A stretch of 64,000 nucleotides of DNA. Origin: the human T2T-CHM13v2.0 reference genome, Homo sapiens. Location of the stretch: the NCBI RefSeq assembly GCF_009914755.1, contig NC_060946.1, one strand, 5' to 3'. Below, in pieces: positions 58,348-64,000 of the stretch. The notes beneath the pieces are model-generated. The model was not told the DNA's origin. It made no database searches and saw nothing but the letters and a program-made list of their open reading frames with translations. A program made the translations under genes and the position numbers. Position 1 is the first letter of the stretch. The number at the start of each line of letters is the position of its first letter.

Positions 58348-58590
58348 CAGTGGAGGTGACACTCTCACAATCGTCACAGCGGAGATGACACAGCATGGAG
58401 TGACCATACACAACCATCACAGCGGAGGTGACACACACCGCATGGAGTGATGACACTCACACAACCGTCACAGCGGAGATGACACAGCATGGAGTAACCA
58501 TACTCACAACCATCACAGCAGAGGTGACGCACACAGCATGGAGTGACTGCACTCACACAACCGTCACAGCGGAGGTGATGCACACAGCAC
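58348..58590. repeat. Minisatellite, ~47-bp unit with an alternating A/B dimer (~95 bp)
   Basis: cgtcacagcgga at 58372, 58466 and 58562; catcacagc variants in between. Confidence 0.92.
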
Positions 58591-59271
58591 GTTAGAAGAC
58601 CTCCAGGTGCCGGTTGCTGGGCTCACATCTGATGATCTAATGAAGAGCAAAGCAGACACAGGTCGCTGCCCAGGTTGTTTTGCCACCTAGAGAGAGGTGG
58701 ACTCTAACCACAAAAGCCACACCTGTGATTCAAAGACACCTGTGTCAGGCTGCACCCACGAGCAGTGTCAGGTGTGGCTGCTGTGAGGGCAGGTGCCAGG
58801 TAGTCTGCCTCCAGAGCTAGTGTCAACTGTGTCTGGGTTCAGTGGATGAGCAGATTCAAACCAGGCTATGGAAACCACCAAACAACATGGTGCCTGGAAA
58901 CAGAAGGGTGTGTTCAGCCGAGGGGCATCTGCCCTGGAGCTCCCCAGACACTCAGGAGCCGACTCTCTGGGAAGTCACAACAGGGGCTCAGAACTCGCTG
59001 TGGGGCTAAACCTTGTGCCTGCCTTTCATAGGATGACAAGGCCGCCTCCACCCACTCACCCACTGTCCCTCACAGGGCCACCACAGAGCAAGATGACTGT
59101 GCCTTCCACCCTCTGTCCACTGGCTAGGGCCAGCGTGAATGGAGGTGTGGCCACAGGGGGCAAGCTTCTTAGGACACCAAGTGCTGAGAAAATGACTCGC
59201 TGAAGACTATTAGGAAAGAGGATCTCTAGAGTCTGGGAGAGAACACAGGGAGCCAGCCGTGGGCCAGGCCG

Positions 59272-59466
59272 CAGTGTGCTGAGACATGGCTAACAACCAG
59301 CTCCTGTGGTGAGGGGTGGATGGTCGTGCAGTCATCACCAATAGCCCTGGTGCAATTGCTCCCACCATGGCTGATTCCCAGCTACAAATGTCACATCAAC
59401 TGTTGCAGGATTCCAGGATATTTAACAACAGGCTCTCTGGAGCGGTACTAGCTGGCCCCAGCACTG
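59272..59466 (+). mobile_element. MER63-like hAT-Blackjack DNA element
   Basis: cagtgtgctg...taacaaccagctc...ctcccaccatggctgattcccagctac...ccagcactg, with terminal inverted-repeat-like ends. Confidence 0.65.
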
Positions 59467-61552
59467 CACCCTCCCAGGACTCTGGCTTCTGAGGAAGCCT
59501 GGTCCACAGAAATCTACAGCTGTAATGGAACCTCAAAGCAGGTCCCTCCGCGGGGTAGGGTCTGGTCACTGCAGTCAGCTTGCTGCAGGCCTACAGGAGT
59601 TCTGAGCCCCAAAGTGTCCACCCCACCGGTAGGAATCAAGCCTTCCTCCAAACACTTGGTTTATCACATTGCATAGAGAGCACCTGATAGGTTCAAGATC
59701 TGTGTTCAACCAGAAAGCTACACACTCAAGCTGAACTCATGCTCCCAGGAGCCCCCAGAGGCCAGGACACGCCCTCCCCACAGTCGGGGGGGACAGGAGA
59801 AAGTGCATGCGTGCTGGAACGTCAAACATCACGTGGCACAGGGAGGGGAGAAAGGGGCCAGGGGATGCGGGGCTTGGCCCTGGCCCTGGCCCAGATCTTA
59901 GATAATGGGCAGGCACCCGGCAGGGAGGACAAAGCAGAAAGGGCATTTCTAGGTGAATGAGAAGCTGAGCTGGCAAAGATATGACTGGGGGTCCCAGCAA
60001 GCGGGAATGAAACTGTAGATTAGTGTGTGGAGCCCCAAACAGGCATGTGGGTGGCCTCGCACACTGGAGACCCTGGTGCCAGAAGAGGCAACTGCCATTG
60101 ACGGGGCCCTGCTGTGAGCTGCGTGCCAGGCCTTGTGGCTGCACACACAATCCCACACACCCTCAGGGTTTACTGAGACATCCTCCCGGTGTCCCCAGAA
60201 AAGGCCCAGCAGTCCAGGAGGTGGAGCTCTCGGGGGACGGGGGACAGAGCCAGGGCTCATGGGCCTGTGGAGCACCTGGGAAGCCGTGAGGAGGACGTGG
60301 GGGCTGCAAGTGGAAAGCTTCTGTGGGAGCACAAATCCTTGCCGAGCTCAGTGGAGCCGGGCCGTGAATGTCACCTGTGGGTGGGTGTGTTCCCTGACAC
60401 AGCCAGCCGCCCTCACTGCTGTCGCCTTGACCCGAAGTCCCCCCAGTTCCTCACCTGCTGCCAGGCTGAGCCTCAAGGACTCTCCTGAGACCTGGCATCA
60501 TGGGGCAGAAGGCACGTAACCATAACCTCCAGATGCATCATGGATGCTGAACGCACGTCGATTGATTGAGCAAATAAATAACTGCTGCGGCCGCAAAGTA
60601 CCAGAGAAGGATGGGACTGTGCCCAGACTTTCTGAAATAGATCTAAATTTTGCCAGGTGGCCAAGGCAGGCAGCAGTGGGGCTGTGACAGGAAAGGCCAT
60701 CCTCGCCACCCAGACCCCACCGGCCTCACGTTCTGTTGTCGAAAGACACCTGCCTGCTTTGCGACTCCATCTCCACCGAAACGGTCTCTGCAGTCATTTG
60801 CAGGGATCGGTCCATTTCCCTTGAACACCTCCTTTATCCCTCTCCCCAGAATCATGAAGCCCAGCCCCGATCAATCTTGCCACTTACATCACCCCACTGG
60901 TATCTTCACTTTTCAATCTCTTTAACATACATGCAGGAAAAAGACAGCCAGCATGGAATACAGTTCAGCAGGGCCAAAGAGGAGCAGTGGCGTCATCTCA
61001 GGATGTGCTGGGCAGGCACCACAGCGCCGGCATCCCCACGTCCAGGACAAAGCTGAGTGCAAGTGTCACCGTGAGCTGGCCTGTGTGAGCCCGGCCCACT
61101 GACCACCCCCCAGATAAAAAAGAGCAGGAGATGCCTCTCAGCCAGGACTCAGACCACCAGCACGCAGCACCCGGCACCCACGGCTGAGCATGTGCCCTCG
61201 AGTAGAGAGGAGACCTCGGTATGGAGGGGACAGTGATGTGACAGCCACCAAGTCCATGGTCTGACCCCCAGCAGCAGGGGTGCCAGCCTCATTGTGGAGT
61301 GTTGCAGCATGCGGGGAAATGATTTTCCTAATCACTGCTACCAGTTGGGTGCTAATGAGCCCCAGTTCTGGTTCCACTGGTGACATTTCAGTTTACACAT
61401 CGCTGCCATTTGGGGTGAATAAGTCCAAGCCACTTAAACCTCAGGCTCACATTGATTAGAGACGTCCCCTCCAGGTCCCAATTTCAGGCTTCTGCTCTTT
61501 CTTAGATCGTCAGGAGAAACGGCAATGGGAGGAAGCAAAGAGAAGGCGTGGA

Positions 61553-61610
61553 GCCAGGAGGAGAAGGGAGGCCAGGAGGAGAAGGGAGGCCAGGAGGAGA
61601 AGGGAGGCCA
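61553..61610. repeat. Perfect 18-bp tandem repeat x3.2 (gccaggaggagaagggag)
   Basis: Units at 61553, 61571 and 61589. Confidence 0.95.
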
Positions 61611-63865
61611 TGCTCGCCAGCTAGGCTGGGAGCTTCCTGGAGGAGGGACACTCCCTCTTTTTCTTTGCTTTGACCTCTTGGTGATCTGTTACCCACAATG
61701 AGGGCACAATCTCCGTGTGGGCAGGGGTGTGGCCCGGGGTGTGGCCCGGGGTTGGGGGGGGGGTCTCAACAATGAATGGGAAGCCCTGGGCCCCACAGTC
61801 CTGCCCTGGGCCATGGCACCCATGGCCCTTCCTATGCCCTCAGGACCCCCCACATGTGCCCTTCACAAATGCGGTGCACTCCCCTTCCAGTCTGGGCATC
61901 ACCCCATCCCCTGCCATCTGTCCCACTCGAGTGGCTATTGCAGTGAGCCTTCTGGAAAACTCTTAATCACCTCCCACTGCTTTGGATACATGGCCAGTGT
62001 CTCAATGCAGACAGACTCAGGGTTTCTGGTGGTCAAAGCACTAAGCCCCTCGTGCCCCACCTGCCTCTGCCTGCACCTGCCACCCCCTGGCCCCGTGCAG
62101 CCATTCCTGGCGACGCCCTCCTCCTGGGTCTTCGTCCGTCTACCTGGTGTCTGCTCTCTGAGGTGCCCCCCAACTTTTCATCAAGTCCCTGCTCCAATTT
62201 CAGGAGCTGCCGGTCCCCACCTCTCCGGGTTAGAGACCCCCAACCCCTCCACACACGCACACACAAAGTCCGTTGCCCTGCACTGTCTCCTGCCTAGAGG
62301 GTGGGTGCAGAGCTGGGGCCTTTCTGCTGGATGTTCTGAGGCACCGGGGAGTTTGGGGCACTTGAAGGACACTCGTTCCATGTTAATGAAATGAATGAAT
62401 CAGTGAACAGAAAGCTGCGCAGCAGAGGCTGCATCTTCCCCCGGCGGGATGCCCTCCCTCAGCCCCCGCCTCCTCAGAGCTCCAGCCCTTGGTGCCTGCA
62501 GCCCTGGCAGGGGCCTCCTCAGCACCTTCTCGCTCACTCTTGGTTCTCTCTGAACACACACCACTCCTCCAACGCGTTCACGTCCATCCTGTGCCTCCCC
62601 ACAGACAGAAGCTTCCCTATATCCCAGACTCCTGAGACCCAAGTCAGCGCAGAGCAGGTGCTCAGTGGATACCTGCTGCATGCGTGGAATGGGAAGGCCT
62701 GTCCTCAAGCCTGCACGGAACGTGATGCAGGCCTGGCTCCTCCACCCTCTGTAGGAACAGGGCAGTGCAATAGTGGGACCAGGGCACCCAGAGCATTTGA
62801 CATGGGATGCAGAGACCAGGTGTGTGTCTGGTCTCCTAGAGCTAGGTGGGAATGGGGGATGACTGGGGAAACTGAGGCCCACCCTAGGCTCGCCTCACCC
62901 CCTGCTTATAGAGGAGCAAATCTGGCTCAAAGTGCTATCCTCTTACACCCAGTCCAGCCCTCTGTCCTGTTTCTGAAGCAGGTGAACGACCTTCAGGCTG
63001 CAGAGACCCCACTGCACCCACCCCAGCCCCGGCCACAACGATGGGATACAGGGAAGCCCCCTGCAGGCATCTGGGCTCTGACCCAACCAGAGACCAGGCC
63101 ACGGCAGTCAAGGGTAAAGACGGCCCCACCGAGGCCCCGGAGCAGCGTGGACAGGACTCGTCACTTTTTTTCTTGTGCCTCGCCCTGGGGCCAGAGTGGC
63201 CAGCATTGTTTGGTGTGATTTAACTTTATCAGGGGCACCTGGCAGGGAACCCCTGGGAGGGTGATAAAGAGGCAGTTTCCACCCTCAGAGAGCTTGCCCG
63301 CTAACAAAGCCCCAGCAGCCAGGCCACCAGCAGCCCAGTCCTCTGCGGGACTTCAGACTTTTGTCACCCTGGGCTCTGTGCCCCAAACACACCTGGACAA
63401 AGCCCACCCACTGTCCGGGTCGTGGCTACCTAGCAGCAGGGGAGCACGCGTACTAAACGCCAGCAGAGCCACATGCCAGTCCCCTGAACGGACTTTGCTC
63501 AGCACCTCCACCACCCTGGAACCCTTTAGGGAAAGAACAGAGGGTGCTCCCTGGAGGTTGTGGTTCTGCGGGCCACTGTGATCCTAATCAATGCGACCAG
63601 TCCTGTGGGGAAGTCTCATTTAAAATCTTAGCGCCTATTTTGGAGGAATGGCAGAGAGTGACCTAGGAGCGTCACATCCTATCTGGATCCTAAGACACTC
63701 ACAGATGGGGAGGACTGAAGTGCCCGAGGGGCCGGGGGCGCTGCTTACAGAGGGGTCTTAGATTCATCCTGAACCTGTTCCTCACAGCAGAGGATCGGCC
63801 AGTGGAGGAAGAAGCTCTGAAATCACAGTAAACGAAGTTAGCCACCTGCAAAATGGACTCCCCAA

Positions 63866-63914
63866 ACACACATGTGCGCGCGCGCGTGCACACACACACA
63901 CACACACACACACA
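63866..63914. repeat. Alternating purine-pyrimidine tract, (CG)5 plus (CA)n
   Basis: acacacatgtgcgcgcgcgcgtgcacacacacacacacacacacacaca. Confidence 0.95.
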
Positions 63915-64000
63915 ACGTGGAGCACCTCAACATGTGATAGAGATGGGAGGGACCTCAGTAGCCCCAGGCCGACCCCAGAACCTTCTCGGCGCCTACTGTC

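Noticed and set aside
59700-63600. Dense 100-275-aa ORFs suggesting a gene or CpG island
   Set aside because: GC-rich but CpG-depleted DNA gives long chance ORFs on both strands, and I recognised no domain or consistent exon structure.

Overview
This window is primate, very probably human, non-coding genomic DNA. I find no credible protein-coding gene, RNA gene, CpG island or CRISPR array, and no convincing novel biological system. The ORF-track entries I could interpret come from Alu, L1 or simple repeats, and the rest look like chance ORFs. The first ~9 kb is AT-rich decayed L1M peppered with Alus; the remainder is mostly GC-rich, CpG-poor sequence. The main element is a near-full-length, dead L1PA4/5-like LINE-1 (33707-39583, minus strand, with TSD). 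It has lost its ORF1 ATG, carries a ~230-bp endonuclease-domain deletion and keeps the 5'UTR ZNF93-target segment. The window also holds a 5'-truncated L1PA with a probable short 3' transduction, a long L1MC-like relic, 11 Alus, many ERVL/MaLR solo LTRs, MIR/L2/MER relics and several minisatellites. The most interesting observations are a ~930-bp 16-mer array whose G-strand closely resembles the CatG4/PS2.M G-quadruplex DNAzyme motif, a four-level nested transposon stack, repair scars at deletion junctions, several + strand exon-like units, and motif-dense candidate enhancers. Subfamily names come from remembered consensus sequences and need RepeatMasker/Dfam confirmation; boundaries of old repeats are approximate.
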